Assembly: GCA_002269645.1 (NCBI GenBank)
Contig: NIVC01002823.1
Location: 1-64,000, forward strand
Source of the DNA: Macrostomum lignano
Taxonomy: Eukaryota
Length of the DNA stretch: 64,000 nt
Reading direction: 5' to 3'
This document shows positions 1 through 15,707 of the stretch, in pieces. The notes below the pieces were generated by a model, which was not told the origin of the DNA, ran no database searches, and saw nothing but the letters and a program-made list of their open reading frames with translations. Made by a program: the position numbers and the translations under genes. Numbering within the stretch: position 1 is the first letter of the stretch; every line of letters begins with the position of its first letter.

Positions 1-1199
1 TGCTGGTGAAGCTGTAGCTGCTAGTGGAGGCTGGAGCTAGAGCCGGTGTTGAAGTTAGAATTGGCCCTGCTGGTGGAGCTGGAGCTGCTGGTGGAGCTGG
101 AGCTGCTGGTGAAGCTGGAGCTGCTGGTGGAGCTGGAGCTGCTGGTGAAGCTGGAGCTGCTGGTGGAGCTGGAGCTGCTGGTGGAGCTGGAGCTAGAGCT
201 GCTGGTGAAGCTGGAGCTGCTGGTGGAGCTGGAGCTGCTGATGAAGCTGGAGCTGGTGATCGAGGTGGAGATGCCGCTGGAGCTGGATCTGGAGCAATTT
301 GAAGCTCCTTTAAATTTCGCAATGCGAACTCCAAGTTCTCTATCAGACTGTTCAAAAGTGCCGAGTTCAAATTGTTCTTAAATTTCGGTTGGCAGTCTGC
401 TTCAATGGCTCGGAAAGCGCCAGAGTTCTGCATGTATTGCAAAGTGCGCTGGGCGTTCAGGACGCCCTCGTGATCGCGCACCTCCAGAGCAGTTTCATCT
501 GGTCGAGAATCTTGTTCGCTTCTTCCAGGGCCTTCTCCCGAGCTGCCGGTGGCGCCTCTGGTGGTTCTCGTAGGTCACAATCGTCTTTTGATTTCCTTCT
601 AATCTTTTGAAATCATCGGATAGGCTAACCAGCACCGCTTCTGCGAGGTCCTGGTAGGCCCTGAACTGCTGCTCATCCGCACGGGGGGCCTCCCTGTTCT
701 CCATCAGTTGCTCAGCGCGCCGCTTATATTCCCGTAGGGTTCGGATATCCAGCTCGCCGCTGTCCAGCACTTTCTCTCTGTGTTGGCGAACGTGCTCCGG
801 GCACAGGTGCAGGTTGCAGTGGTGGCATCGTTTCGTGCTGCCTCGGTACTCGCAGCCGTCAGTCTGATCCTGATCCTCGCACTGCCGGAACTCCAGGCTC
901 ATTTCTAAGTTCACTTCAGCGAATGACTCCGGCCTGCTGTGGATGCTGTCTGAGTCCGAGCACAGCTGGCAGGCTGGGTGCTCCTCAACTGAGGTGCACT
1001 GGCCGCAGACTTGGTGGCCGCAGCGGAGGCTCTTCATTCTCGACAGCGGTACCTGTTGATTGCATGAGGAGCATCTCAGGCATTGGGAAGCGCTTCGGCC
1101 ATTAGTTTGGCTGCAATCGCTATGTTGAATATTTACTCGTGTAATTTTAATTACTGCTTGGCTAACAATTATAACAAACTTGTTGTGAGGCCAAAGCAA
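1..1199 (-). CDS. RING (C3HC4) + B-box + coiled-coil (TRIM-like) protein with Pro/Ala-repeat C-terminal region; two apparent frameshifts; runs off window start; true start codon uncertain
   Basis: CSSC-x13-CGH-x2-CGQC-x8-CQLC RING and CHHCNLHLCPEHVRQH B-box-like motif in ORF 495-1199. A second frame (EPPEAPPAAREKALEEANKILDQM) and a third (TALEVRDHEG...LQIAPDPAPAA..., open from 574 to base 1) continue the protein. Confidence 0.65.
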
Positions 1200-4173
1200 G
1201 TTTCGGTAGCAATTGTATGTTATCTGCTTGGTGCACTTAAAGACTAAAAGCTTATAGACATGCAGCGCCTTCCTAAACCGAAGCGGATCTTTCTATTTCT
1301 CTACCAATAAGATTTAAGATTCTCTCCTATCTTCTCTCCTAGCTATCTCACACTCAAGCCCATTCTATTGAGTACATATATACAGTAAAAATCTCACTGT
1401 CCCATCCACTCTTCTACACTCTTTACTAATTTGCTGTGCACAACAGGGTGCACTGCAATTATACGTAGGGTGCACAATTATATGTACTGATAAAGCTTGG
1501 CCTCTTTCTTTTCAACCAAATTTACGCGTTTCGACGCTGCACAAAACAACCTTGTTGCTATTCAATTAGTGCATTTACAATACATAGCTTATTATCTTGT
1601 AGGGTTTCAGCACTTTTAGGTCGATATATACACGTCTTATGACTTGAAACGAAGGCTGATTCGAGTGACTGCTTGCACCTGTCTGCCTGTCTGCAATGCC
1701 TGCCTGCTTCTACTTCCCTCCCACTTCGGTCTTTAAATAGCTCTGCTACATGCTCTGCCAGTATCAGCTGCTTATTACGAGCTATACTCTCAAATGCTTT
1801 AAAATCTTGGATTTATCCTGGACTATTTGTGGATAAGTTTTACATTTATCTTGGACTCCTGGATTAAAAAAATCTGTAAATTTATTAAGATAGTAGGAAG
1901 ATAGTAGCTGCACACACTGTAGCTACATGTTATACATGCATGTACATTTAGTTTGTGCCGTAATTTTTAACGTTTACAAATCAATGTAGAACTAAACTAT
2001 TTTAAGTACCTCTCGTATACGGAAACTAAATATTGGCCAAATTTATTAGATATAGAAATCCTATCATTTTATCTGCCAAGATTTTAAATAATTCGACAGC
2101 TACATGCGTATAATATAAACGGACTAAGACTAATTCGGTTTTTATTTATGTCATCCTTGATTGACACATATATACATTATTCTGAATAGCATGCACTATA
2201 GTACACCAGCCCTGTTTTGGGGCTTGAACCCAGTCTTGGTCTACATGTAGGTTAAATACGAAATTCGCATTGCTGCTGTACTCATTCATTGTTGCGAGCG
2301 TTAGATTGACACTTATACCGCGGATTTAGAAAAATATAACAACAAAAGGTTTAAGTATAAATTTTAAATAATGTATACCTCTACTTTCTGTTGAGTATCA
2401 GAGTATGAGTAAAAAAAGTTAACATGAGACACTCAAAAGTAACAACGCAAGACATATTTTAAAAACTGCCCTAATTCAGTTTCCTTTCTTTGTGAACTTT
2501 AAATATGACATACGCGTGAGGCGTGACCGTGAGCACTTATGCTAACAGTTAGTTTATACTGCTTGAAACAGTTTTTTAGAGGTTTGGATAATATAGTCTC
2601 TTGAGCCATAAGGAGCCCCAACCTTGATTCAGAGTATTTCCGAATCAATTGCAGTTGCATTTTACGTGTTGGTTTCCAGACAGTGAGACAGGCGACAGAC
2701 ATCCATTCAAAACATTAAAAAGTCGTCACCCTTTGACAGTGCAGGTGAACTCAAACTCTAGTTTAATTTTGGGAAAAAGGTAGTCAAATTCAAAGATGCT
2801 CATATCCTGGATATATACTGAAAATCCTGAATCTTATTTTTAGTTTTTACAGTTTCGATGAATGAAACCTTGGGCTTGTTATTTGCATATAGATGATATA
2901 GATCAAAGAGCTTAAGTCAAGACTAAGAATTCAAAGATTATATCCACCTTGAGGTGTGAATAAATTAGCTGTTTCTTTTGTTTTTTCTTTTAAATGCATT
3001 TTATAATACAGATAATAAAATAGACATGTTGTATTTATAAAGTATATTTTGTCAGTTTCTTTTCACTTTTCCTTAAGCCTATTTCAATTAAAGGAAAGAT
3101 CCCAGTGTGACAATTATTCGGTGGCCTTGAAAGTAATTAACTAAGGCAAACAACATGGCAGAGGCAAATTTTGTAGCAGTAGCACCTAGCACTTGATGAT
3201 AGTAACAATTGATGCAAGCAATAGCCGCAGCCTTTGTTTATTTTAACTATATGAGAGGATAGTTAGGCTTGCTATTATCAATTCTGTCTGGGTGGTCAAT
3301 AGAGATAGGTCAGAGTACTTGCTGAATCCATAAGAAATGCACTGGGCAGCTATGCAACAATGATAGATGGTAGACAATAGAGTATATTGATGAGCCTGAG
3401 GCAATGGTGACAATGTAATGGCAGTGAACATGTGGTGGCAGTGCTTGTAGTAAAAGCTTGTATAGACAGTAGAGGTGGCATGACTGAGACTTGGCAGAGG
3501 CATGGTTTAGAACTGTGGCAGAGCAAGGTGGAAAGAGAAGGCAAGCAAACAAGGAGTGCCGGGGTAGCAAAGGTCTAAGGGGTCTAAGGCAGGACTAACC
3601 CCAAGCGCCCTAGCCAGACAGGACCGATAAAGAGCATGTGTACATGTGTAATTGACTATTATAAGTAAATAATTACTTTTAAAAAATAAATCTATTCTAT
3701 CTACCTTTCTAGAAATTTTCATATAAACAATATTCTATATTAAACATTTGAAATCCTATGCATGCTTCCCAAATATTCTTGATCTTTCTATGAAATTGTC
3801 TATAAATAAAAGCACCTGACATTGTATTTACTCAAGCCTGACTTTTCAATACAGAAAACTGTTCAACAAAAACATGAACCCAAGAACCATTGCCTATATG
3901 CCTCTTATTCATTTGAACTTGCTACAGATCTATATAATCATAAAGCATGTTGCTGCATATGAAGCCTATCACAAATGCTAGGAATAAATAATAAAACAGA
4001 CAGAAGCAGTGCAAAATTAGAATTCAAACTTATTCAATAATTATTAGTTAAATATAATAACGAACAAAATGTCAATTAAATGCCCAATTACTTGAACAAC
4101 TTTTATTTATTGAAACCTGCAGTCGCAGGCAGCAGCCAGCCAAGTGGCTGCCTCAGAGGAGGATGGCCTCACA

Positions 4174-6430
4174 ATGGCCTCATTGAAGGCCGCCTCTCGG
4201 CTCCACCGTCACGTGACAAACAGCGGCGACTCTACGCTATCAACCTCTCCAACGCAGCCGCCTCCAGCCTTGCCGCCACAGGCATCTCTACACCGCAGTC
4301 GGCAGCAGCAGCCGCAGGCGGCGCCAGGTGCCAGAGCAACTTCTCCAGCGCCGCAAAAGCAGGCCACAATTCACTGCGAGCGCGACCTGCCGCTGTCCAT
4401 CGACTGGCGCCAGTTCGATCTGGATGGCGCCCAGCTGCTCGGCGAGGGCGCCTTCGCCTACGCCTACAAGGTGCACCACCGCGGCCTCGGCAAGGCCTTT
4501 GTGCTCAAAAGTTTGAAGCGCACCGGAGACGGGGAGTTTAGCCAGGAATTGTGCAACTTCCGCAAAGAGGTGACCACCATGCAGCAGCTGGAGCACCGGA
4601 ATGTGCTGCGGTTTTATGGCCTGCTGTACACCAAGTGAGTGAGGGAAAAATGGTGGCCAAAGGAGCAAAGCAGTTGACGCGCCGGACTCTCCGCCTCGCT
4701 ATTTCCAGGAAACTGGGCCTCACCATCGTCACAGAGCTGGCCGAGCGGGGCAGCCTGCACGCCCTGCTGCACAAGCGGCCGGACGAGCGGCTGTCCGGCC
4801 TGCGCCGCGTCCTCATGGCCAAGCAGGTCTGCAGCAGTTTAAATCGTTCTTCGTTTGTGTTCTTCGTTTAGCACTTTTTAGTTAGAGACAGGAGCCCGTG
4901 TGCATCCTGGCGCACTTTAAGCGACATTGTCACACAACCGGCAGGAGGCATTACTGCCCATTCCACCCGAGTCCCCTGAGCAGGCACACAAGCGCGCAGA
5001 TACGTAATCAATCATACGCTTCACTGTGCCTTGGAGATCGGTCTTCAATGGAGTCAATTGCACGAGCAGACCTAAGCCGAGATTCAAATTTAGCCGCAAA
5101 TTAATGTGACTGCACTTGGAATCCAGCCTGGGCCGCTGGCACACCAGACCACTGGGCTACGGCCATGGAGGAAAGAATGGAATGGAGTGCTAATCTGAGC
5201 CAGTTGTTTTTATCTCGCTCGATCTTAACTTTTAACATCCCTTTCCCCCCGTTCCTTCCTATTGGCTGAAAGCATATTTTGATGCGAGCTCGTACTATGC
5301 TGGGACAGACCTTTCAGAGGGGAACGAAAACGAGACCAAAAATACTTGTCTATGGCAGTCACGAGCCAATAGGAAAGAACGGGGGGGGGGGAAAGGGATG
5401 TTAAAAGTTAAGATCGAGCGAGATAAAAATAACTGGCTCAGATTAGCACTCCATTCTATTCTTTCCTCCATGGCTACGGCCCGCTCTAGTTGAAAATTTT
5501 TGCAATTTGACAGAGAGGCAATTGTTGAGTCAGGAGCGCATCACGTGGGTCGTAAAATTGTAAAAAAATAGTCGTAAAAAGTCGTCCAAGAGTTGTTGTG
5601 CTAGCGCTTAACTCTCTACTAACTCAAGTAGACTGAATAGAGTTGTTAGTTATAAATGCGAGATACAATTCTAATGCAAAGTGGCGCAGATATGCACTTT
5701 AGACGCAACTCCGTGATTTTACAGCGACTCCAGCACGCCTCAGATGCATGCTCTATAGAGGACTTTTTAGCGACTTTTACTGTGAAACCTCATCGTTTGA
5801 AAGTCACATACGCTCGTGGAGCCACTTCTTTCCTCACCGTTTTCATCGGGTTCGGAAGTAGCAGACTGAAAGCTTCTCATCTCGATGATGTAATTCGGTT
5901 GGAAATGGCTGAAATTCCAGGTGGCCAGCGGAGTTGCCTACCTGCACAGCCGCAGCATCGCGCACCGGGACCTCACCTCTAGCAACTGCTTCCTGCGCGC
6001 CGACTGCACTGTGCTGGTTGGCGATTTTGGCCTGGCAGCGGCCGCCGCCGCCCCAAACGGCCTGGCCGCAGTCGGCTGCGTCGGCAGCTTCCTGTACGCC
6101 AGCCCGGAGATGTTCCTCGGTCGGCCGTACGGCGTTGCCACCGACGCTTATTCCTTCGGCGTCCTGCTGTGCGAGCTGGCGCTCCGCCTGCCGCCCGAGC
6201 CCGACCGGCTGCCCCGCCTCGCCGATTCGCGTCTCGCTTTCGCCGTTGACGTTGACGAGTTTCGCCGCCTGGCCGTCCAGCTGGCGCCTCCGGACTGGCC
6301 GGCCGGCGCGGTCCAACTGGCCGTCGAGTGTGTCAACCCCGAGCCTGACCGGCGGCCAAGCCTCGCCGACGCAGCCAGGCGGCTGGACGCCTGCACTTTG
6401 CCGTCAGCGGTCGGCCGCGTGGTGCTCTGA
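4174..6430 (+). CDS. TKL-group protein kinase, TESK/LIMK-like; exons 4174-4634, 4709-4826, 5921-6430 (an upstream exon is possible)
   Basis: LGEGAF Gly loop, VLK lysine, KEV helix-C Glu, HRDLTSSNC, DFGLA, SPE, DAYSFGVLLCEL, PDRLPR. GT-AG introns 4635-4708 and 4827-5920 join in frame. Confidence 0.85.
4881..5487 (-). mobile_element. tRNA-derived SINE-like element, copy 1 (head interrupted by the MITE at 5164-5472)
   Basis: Clear similarity to 30899-31269. Minus-strand head GGCCGTAGCCCAGTGG (A box-like) and GGCTGGATTCC (B box-like). Confidence 0.65.
5164..5472. mobile_element. MITE with long terminal inverted repeats and 8-bp TSD (P/hAT-like)
   Basis: Ends CATGGAGGAAAGAAT...ATTCTTTCCTCCATG, about 110 bp near-perfect arms, flanked by GCTACGGC at 5156-5163 and 5473-5480. 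Confidence 0.85.
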
Positions 6431-6812
6431 GTCCCAGAATCCAAATCCCAAGTCCCAGAATCCAAATCCCAAGTCCCAGAATCCAAATCCCAAGATCCAG
6501 AATCCAAACCCGAAGTCCCAGAATCCAAATCCCAAGTCCCAGAATCCAAATCCGAAGTCCCAGAATCCAAATCCCAAGATCCAGAATCCAAACCCGAAGT
6601 CCCAGAATCCAAATCCCAAGTCCCAGAATTCAAATCCCAAATCCCAGAATCCAAATCCCAAGTCCCAGAATCCAAATCCCAAGTCCCAGAATCCAAATCT
6701 CAAGTCCCAAAATCCAAATCCGTCCCAGAATCCAAATCTCAAGTCCCAAAATCCAAATCCGTCCCAGAATCCAAATCTCAAGTCCCAAAATCCAAATCCC
6801 AAGTCCCAGAAT
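6431..6812. repeat. 21-bp minisatellite (GTCCCAGAATCCAAATCCCAA)n starting right after the kinase stop codon
   Basis: Direct inspection. Confidence 0.95.
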
Positions 6813-7149
6813 CCGAAGTTTCAAAGTCAGTTTGTGACTCTAAATTATCCTGTAGCTCTCCATTCTGGCCAGCAATGAAAATTGTTTTGTAGAAACCGTA
6901 CTTAACTGTGTAGAACTGTAGTTCCGCTTTTAAAATGCACTTCTGCCCGCCCTAGTCTCCTTGCTCTCCGCACTTGAGCCAAAATTGTATTTTTATTTAA
7001 TGACTGTCTTGTGTGTTCTATCCACTGACTTGCGTTGTTATACATGTATATGCGTTGTATCGTGTCTATTGTTCTTGTTTCGTTAGGTTACAGTTTTTCT
7101 TGGCTTCCAACATCTTTCAGTTGGCCAAGCTTAAAGCTGGTTGTCAGGC

Positions 7150-7700
7150 TCGACCACCACCGCCACCCTCCCAGATCCTCAGTTGCTGGACCACCTCCAG
7201 TCTCCCGAGATCCTCAGTTGCTGGACCACCTCCAGTCTCCCAGATCCTCAGTTGTTGGACCACCGCCAGTCTGCCAAGATCCTCAGTTGCTGGGCCAGCC
7301 TCGTAAAATCCTCAGTTGCTGGGCCAGCCTCCCAAAATCCTCAGTTGCTGGGCCAGCCTCCCAAGATCCTCAGTTGCTGGGCCAGCCTCCCAAAATCAGT
7401 TGCTGGGCCACCTTCCCAGATCCTCAGTTGCTGGGCCAGCCTCCCAAAATCAGTTGCTGGGCCACCTTCCCAGATCCTCAGTTGCTGGGCCAGCCTCCCA
7501 AAATCAGTTGCTGGGCCACCTTCCCAGATCCTCAGTTGCTGGACCACCGCCAGCCTCCCAGATCCTCAGTTGTTGGACCACCTCCAGCCTCCCAAGATCC
7601 TCAGTTGTTGGACCACCTCCAGTCTCCCAAGATCCTCAGTTGTTGGACTACCTCCAGCCTCCCAGATCCTCAGTTGCTGGGCCACTGCCACCCTCCCAGC
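7150..7700. repeat. Degenerate minisatellite with core GATCCTCAGTTGCTGG
   Basis: Direct inspection. Confidence 0.9.
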
Positions 7701-8408
7701 CCTCATCTGGTGCATGTAGCAAGCTCATTCCTTGTTGTGACAAATGAATTAGCCATTGTTTTGGTGTAAGCTGCTTTATTTTAACGCTTGAATTGAACCT
7801 TCAGCCCACTTTTGCCTGCTGTGGATGGACACGGTCGGATCTCCCCTCCACTGTTGCTTTGGCTGCGGTGCTCAGCTCATCTTGAATTTCTATTTGTTGT
7901 GATTATTTTAAGATAGTAATGTTTATTTTTTACATAATTTTAGCTTGAATTCTTACCGTTTGCACATCAAAATTATAAACGATAGTCGCATAAATTTGCT
8001 GATAACTTTTCTGTATTTTCGCAGTTTTCAGCGCCTAAAAGAACATTTTTTGTACTTTTAAATACTTTATTTTTTTATATCCTAAATAGCAAAAATTTGT
8101 GCGTTTTTCTACTTTAAGTAGGCTCAAAGCGTTTAATTAAATTTATTGTACTCAGGGATATTTTGGGGTCAGGCCGCTCAGCAGTGTAAATTGTAAGTCA
8201 ACTTGTTCAGATTTCCATAGCAGTCTTATCGTGCATTGAAAAAAACTTTACTAACGAAAGGAAAAAATTGTCTGCGAAAATTTGAACTTTGAAAAGCTGG
8301 TTCAAGTTAGCGGCGGAAAAACTACTTGGCTTGGCTTGATTTGAGTTACTTATAAGTAGTATAGAAGCATTTTATAGCTTTAATTTGGTTTCGTACTGGT
8401 GCGCCTAC

Positions 8409-10944
<2,536 letters not shown>

Positions 10945-11107
10945 GACTGCTGCTGGTCGAGACGAGAGTGTTGAGGAACAGTTTTAAACTGCGGAATCCG
11001 TTGTTTTAGCTCACGGGCAGTTGATGAATTTGCCTGTGGAAGCCGCCCAGCGGCGACAGATTAAGCAATTTATAGACCCCCCCACTGGCCACCTCTGCCC
11101 CGCCGCC

Positions 11108-11122
11108 GTTGTCAATGGCAAC
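11108..11122. promoter_or_regulatory. RFX X-box-like site (GTTGTC-AAT-GGCAAC) upstream of alpha-tubulin
   Basis: Near match to the X-box consensus, about 170 bp upstream of the ATG. Confidence 0.5.
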
Positions 11123-11197
11123 TACTTGAAGAGGTGCAAGTTGGCTGTCCCCGGTGGCTAGTTAATAAGTTGGAGTTGGATAGAAATTAGCGCACAA

Positions 11198-11211
11198 GTT
11201 ACCATGGCAAC
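11198..11211. promoter_or_regulatory. Canonical RFX X-box GTTACCATGGCAAC upstream of alpha-tubulin
   Basis: Matches GTTNCCATGGNAAC, about 260 bp upstream of the ATG. Confidence 0.7.
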
Positions 11212-12491
11212 AGTTTAACAATTAAAGCATCCAGACGCCAATTATGTGTTTATTATTTTTATTGAGCTCAAATTTTCTGTACAAGCGCCAGGCAGGGAGT
11301 AGGACTGACTGACTGGATGCAATTAGTCGGTGCAGTTTCCAGACCTCAGACAGATGCTTTCTCAGACAGGCAGATGCTTAATTGAGACGGCGGGGCTTTG
11401 AAGTCCACTTCTGTCGGATTGGGTGGAGATCTCATTCATTCTGATCTATACATGTAGATGCGCGGGATGGGGCAACCCATGAACTGTGGCAGGGCGGTTG
11501 TAAATCAGCATGTATATCTGATAATTACTCAAAAACGTTCTTTACTAATTGCACCGCGCGCAAACCTCTTCTTCGCGAGCATAGTCGCATTTGAGACCAC
11601 CCCGAATTAATTTGTGCTCTGGCAGCAGAGCTCTGTGCAGACTCTGCCAGCACAGCCCTTAGGTAGTATACGATATTTAGTAATGAAGTCTGGTCCTGGC
11701 TCTACCACTGGGGGAAAATTCTCCTGTACTCTACTCTTCTACCCCTGTGTCCTTCATATTCCATCTGCCCATCACTTCCAGGCTGTGGTTGAACCAAGGA
11801 CGACTGAAGAAGAAGTGGACGGGAAAAATTCGTTTCTTAGAAAGCATTCTCGCTGCTGGGTTTGCGCAAAAAGTTCGCTACGATTGTTAAAAGTTACCCG
11901 GAATAATTGACTTGCCCTGAATACTGAAATGTTTTGAATGAGGCAAAATATTCAATGGGTAACAGTTTCGCTAATTTTCTATCACAGATTCCTTTCTCCC
12001 TACTAGTTAGTAAGCGATGGAGCATTCATTTGTTTGAATCAAACAGGTGAGCCCAATTGTTCAAAAGTTCTTTGGGATTTTCTTCAGCAGAATTCACCAA
12101 ATGCTATTGATTAAAGTTCAGATTTTGGAGGGCTGTTTCTTTCTCCCAATATCAGGATCAGGATGTTCTTCTGAGCAGTCAGAGAACCCATATGATCAGG
12201 TGCCATTTACACTTTATCCATAGGTGGGTTTGCCAAGATTTTAGCGCCAAAAACAAAAACGAGACTTAGGCGCCAGAAACGGAAAGATTTTAGCGCCAAT
12301 TAAGCGCCTGAGGCGGCAAGATTTTAGCGCCACTTATCAGTTATTTATTTGTTGACAACCATTCACCAATGGTAAGCAACAATAAGTAGTGACTGTAATG
12401 ATGAGTAACAATGAGACGAATTGTTTCGGAAGGGGAATTTAATTTACGAACGGATTTCTCAATTCATGCTGGCTGAAGCTCGGCTGCCCGC

Positions 12492-12965
12492 TCAGTCGGT
12501 GCTGGCATTGTGGGGCACAATCAGCACCGGGATGTGAGCATGGTGCAGCACGTAATCTGACACGCTGCCCAGAAAGGTGCGTCGCAGGGTGCCCATGCCG
12601 CGGTTGCCAAGGACAACCAGGTCCGCGTGAAGCTCGTTGGCCACCTCGACAATGGCCGCGCCGGGGCTGTTGCTGATCTTCTCCAGGAATCGAGCCCCGG
12701 CTCCGTCCAGGCCGAGCTGAGTGCACAGCTGCTGGGTCCGATCGGCCAGCTCCCGACCGGCCTTCAGCGTGACGGACACGCAGCTGGCGTACAGCCGCGA
12801 CGCCTCCTGCAAGGGGATCCCGGCGCCGCGCGGAATCGGCGGCGGCTCCGCCACGATGATCAGCGTCAGCGAGTCGTCCGGCTGGCTGGCGTGCCGGGCG
12901 AACCAGCGCAGCGCTCGGTCGCTGTGCTCGCTGCCGTCTATGGCCAAGAGTACCTTCCTGCCCAT
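12492..12965 (-). CDS. Universal stress protein (UspA-family domain), intronless, 157 aa
   Basis: MGRKVLLAIDGSEHSDRALRW N-terminus, ADLVVLGNRGMG...FLGSVSDYVLHHAHIPVLIVP ATP-binding signature. Confidence 0.92.
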   Translation of the reverse strand: MGRKVLLAIDGSEHSDRALRWFARHASQPDDSLTLIIVAEPPPIPRGAGIPLQEASRLYASCVSVTLKAGRELADRTQQLCTQLGLDGAGARFLEKISNSPGAAIVEVANELHADLVVLGNRGMGTLRRTFLGSVSDYVLHHAHIPVLIVPHNASTD

Positions 12966-13380
12966 GGCTGGCTGTGGCTGGTGGGAGAACCGTTTCTTGT
13001 CGAACTCGCTTTTGGGCGGCTTTGACTCGAAGCGCGCACAGCTTTCTCTCTCTCTCTCTCTCTCCAGATCGCATTCTCTGAGCTGCGACTCTGTGGGGGC
13101 CTCTCTTATCGCCAGCAGGGTGGGTGAGCGGCCCGCGCAGTCCAAAGTGCACCTGTAGGCTGAACGCTCAATTCTAGTCTAATCTGTGCGGTTCAGTTTT
13201 TTTCACCGTGTTGTTGACTTTGAAACCGTTTCCAGTTCTGGATTTATGGCCACGCGAGTGCCACAAGTGCCATATGGAGTTTAAAGGTAACTAATTATAC
13301 TGTAAAATGTGCTGCAAACGGTTCTTGCTGTAGCTCCGTGGCCTCTCGAATTAAATCCGCTGGGCAGCTCATTATGACTA

Positions 13381-13877
13381 ACTGACTGACTGACTGACTG
13401 ACTGACTGACTGACTGACTGACTGACTGACTGACTGACTGACTGACTGACTGACTGACTGACTGACTGACTGACTGACTGACTGACTGACTGACTGACTG
13501 ACTGACTGACTGACTGACTGACTGACTGACTGACTGACTGACTGACTGACTGACTGACTGACTGACTGACTGACTGACTGACTGACTGACTGACTGACTG
13601 ACTGACTGACTGACTGACTGACTGACTGACTGACTGACTGACTGACTGACTGACTGACTGACTGACTGACTGACTGACTGACTGACTGACTGACTGACTG
13701 ACTGACTGACTGACTGACTGACTGACTGACTGACTGACTGACTGACTGACTGACTGACTGACTGACTGACTGACTGACTGACTGACTGACTGACTGACTG
13801 ACTGACTGACTGACTGACTGACTGACTGACTGACTGACTGACTGACTGACTGACTGACTGACTGACTGACTGGCTGA

Positions 13878-13908
<31 letters not shown>

Positions 13909-13914
13909 ACTGAC
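13381..13914. repeat. (ACTG)n microsatellite with a (GGCT)n end
   Basis: Direct inspection. Confidence 0.98.
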
Positions 13915-14615
13915 CTAAGTGAGTGGGTGACTGACTGACACTTACACTATCAGCTAGCAAAATGTATCAATATTCAATTGATTTATGAGAAGCGCTCAAG
14001 CAACATTGAATCCCTGCCCTGCCAGCAAGCGGACCGTCAATAGTGAGGAGCGAAGGCACAAAGCATTTATTAAATATTTGTGCAATACAGGCGTTAACGG
14101 TGGTACAGAGTCAGTTAGCAAGCAAGTGGCTATGCACAATGCCCAACATTTGGGCGGCCTGATAGCTTGGCAAACAGTGAGTGTTTGCATGCGTTCGTTG
14201 GGATCAATGGGTGTTCAAAGGCTAGATAGATTGACCGATGAACAACAGAATAGATGGCAATGAAAAAGTGTGTGTTGGGTGAGAATTAGCGTAGCTTGGA
14301 TAGAATAGTGGCTAAAAAGGCAGCAGGAGGGCGCAACACTTCAAAACCCTTGACAATTCTTTAAAGGCTCAACCTTGCTTTAAAACGCATTAGCAAGATC
14401 TGTAATAAGATTTTTAGCACAAAAATGGGGCAACATACTTGGCTTCTCAAGTTAATAAGCTTGACTAGATTTTGTGCTAAAAAACCCGTAAGTTTGATTC
14501 ACGTGCTCCGGCCTGTTCCACGCCCAGCGCTTCTTTGGTTCGATGAGACACATTATGATATTGAGATCAGAAATCATAAATTGACAAAAAAGTTTCTAGC
14601 GAGCTTAGCAGGGCC

Positions 14616-15086
14616 CTAAACCTTCGGTCCGGCTTGCACCTTCTTGATGAAGTCCTCGTACTTGATGTTGCCGTCGAGATCCTCGTGGGTGTCGGTGAAC
14701 TTCATGATCACGTCGACGTCGCTGTCGTCCAGCCGCTCGCCGTAGCTGGTGAGCACGTGGCGCAGCTCGGCGGCCGAGATGTAGCCCTGGCCCTCGCGGT
14801 CGAACGTCTTGAAGGCCTCCATGAAGTCGGCGAAGGTGCCCTCCTCCTTGGCTTTCATGACCTCCTGGTAGATCGGAAGGAACTCGTCGAACTTGTAGCC
14901 CTTCTCGCCCATCTTCTCCGTGCCGCCGTGCTTCAGGCAGGTGGCCATGGTCGGGTTCATGCCGACGCAGCGCAGCAGGTCCGCCACCTTGGCGGCGTCC
15001 ACCTCGCCGTCGCGGCCGTCCCAGAAGTCGAAGAGGTCGAACACCTCCCGGATGTCCTCAATCTCGCCCTTGCTTAATCCGGCCAT
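14616..15086 (-). CDS. Myosin essential light chain (invertebrate muscle type), intronless, 156 aa
   Basis: [14 protein letters not shown] signature of molluscan/lophotrochozoan [31 protein letters not shown]-hand fold. Confidence 0.93.
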   Translation of the reverse strand: MAGLSKGEIEDIREVFDLFDFWDGRDGEVDAAKVADLLRCVGMNPTMATCLKHGGTEKMGEKGYKFDEFLPIYQEVMKAKEEGTFADFMEAFKTFDREGQGYISAAELRHVLTSYGERLDDSDVDVIMKFTDTHEDLDGNIKYEDFIKKVQAGPKV

Positions 15087-15171
15087 GCCTTAGCGATATT
15101 GCTTTTTAGTCGTAGTCGTTAGAAAGCAGGTTTCTGTCTGCCTTACTGGCTGTTGCAGACTGGCGCAGGTC

Positions 15172-15178
15172 TTATATA
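15172..15178 (-). promoter_or_regulatory. Probable TATA box (TATATAA) of the myosin light chain gene
   Basis: About 30 bp upstream of an Inr-like CCAGT near 15148 and about 90 bp upstream of the ATG. Confidence 0.5.
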
Positions 15179-15707
15179 CCCCCCTCCCCTAGCTTTACAG
15201 ATGCTGATGCGGTGGATCGATGAGCGGCTGGATGGACGGGTGACCGGGCCTGCCTCTGTTGCCTCGCTCTACCACAAGGCGCGGACACAGCGGACCAGCT
15301 GCCAGGTGGGTTCCAATCAGCGTGCACAGAGAGGAAACCGTGCCGCGCAACCCCCTCCCCCAAGTCTCCCGGCCGGGAAATTTCCACTGCGCATTTTGAC
15401 CGAATATTTCTAGGGCAAGGAAGATTCGGGAAGCTGGGCCCCGGTATGCGCTTAGTCGGTCAGGGGCCGCGGAAAGGTCAAAGCAGCAACGGCACAACGG
15501 AGAGTTTTGCAGACTGCCTCTTTCATTCGCCATCAATTCAGCGACCGCCCGATTTGCTGGTTGCACTTTTGCCTCAGCCTGTGCTAGCTGTGCGGTATCG
15601 AAGGAGGGTAGGAGTGGCAGGTTTTTCGCTCTGACATTGATGTGTGGCAGCGGCGGCTGCAGCGCATGACGAATGGCAGTCTGCGGCCACTGGGGATCAG
15701 GGCTTTT

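Noticed and set aside
5540-5810. Additional degenerate inverted repeat in kinase intron 2
   Set aside because: Arms are short and ends/TSD could not be defined by eye.
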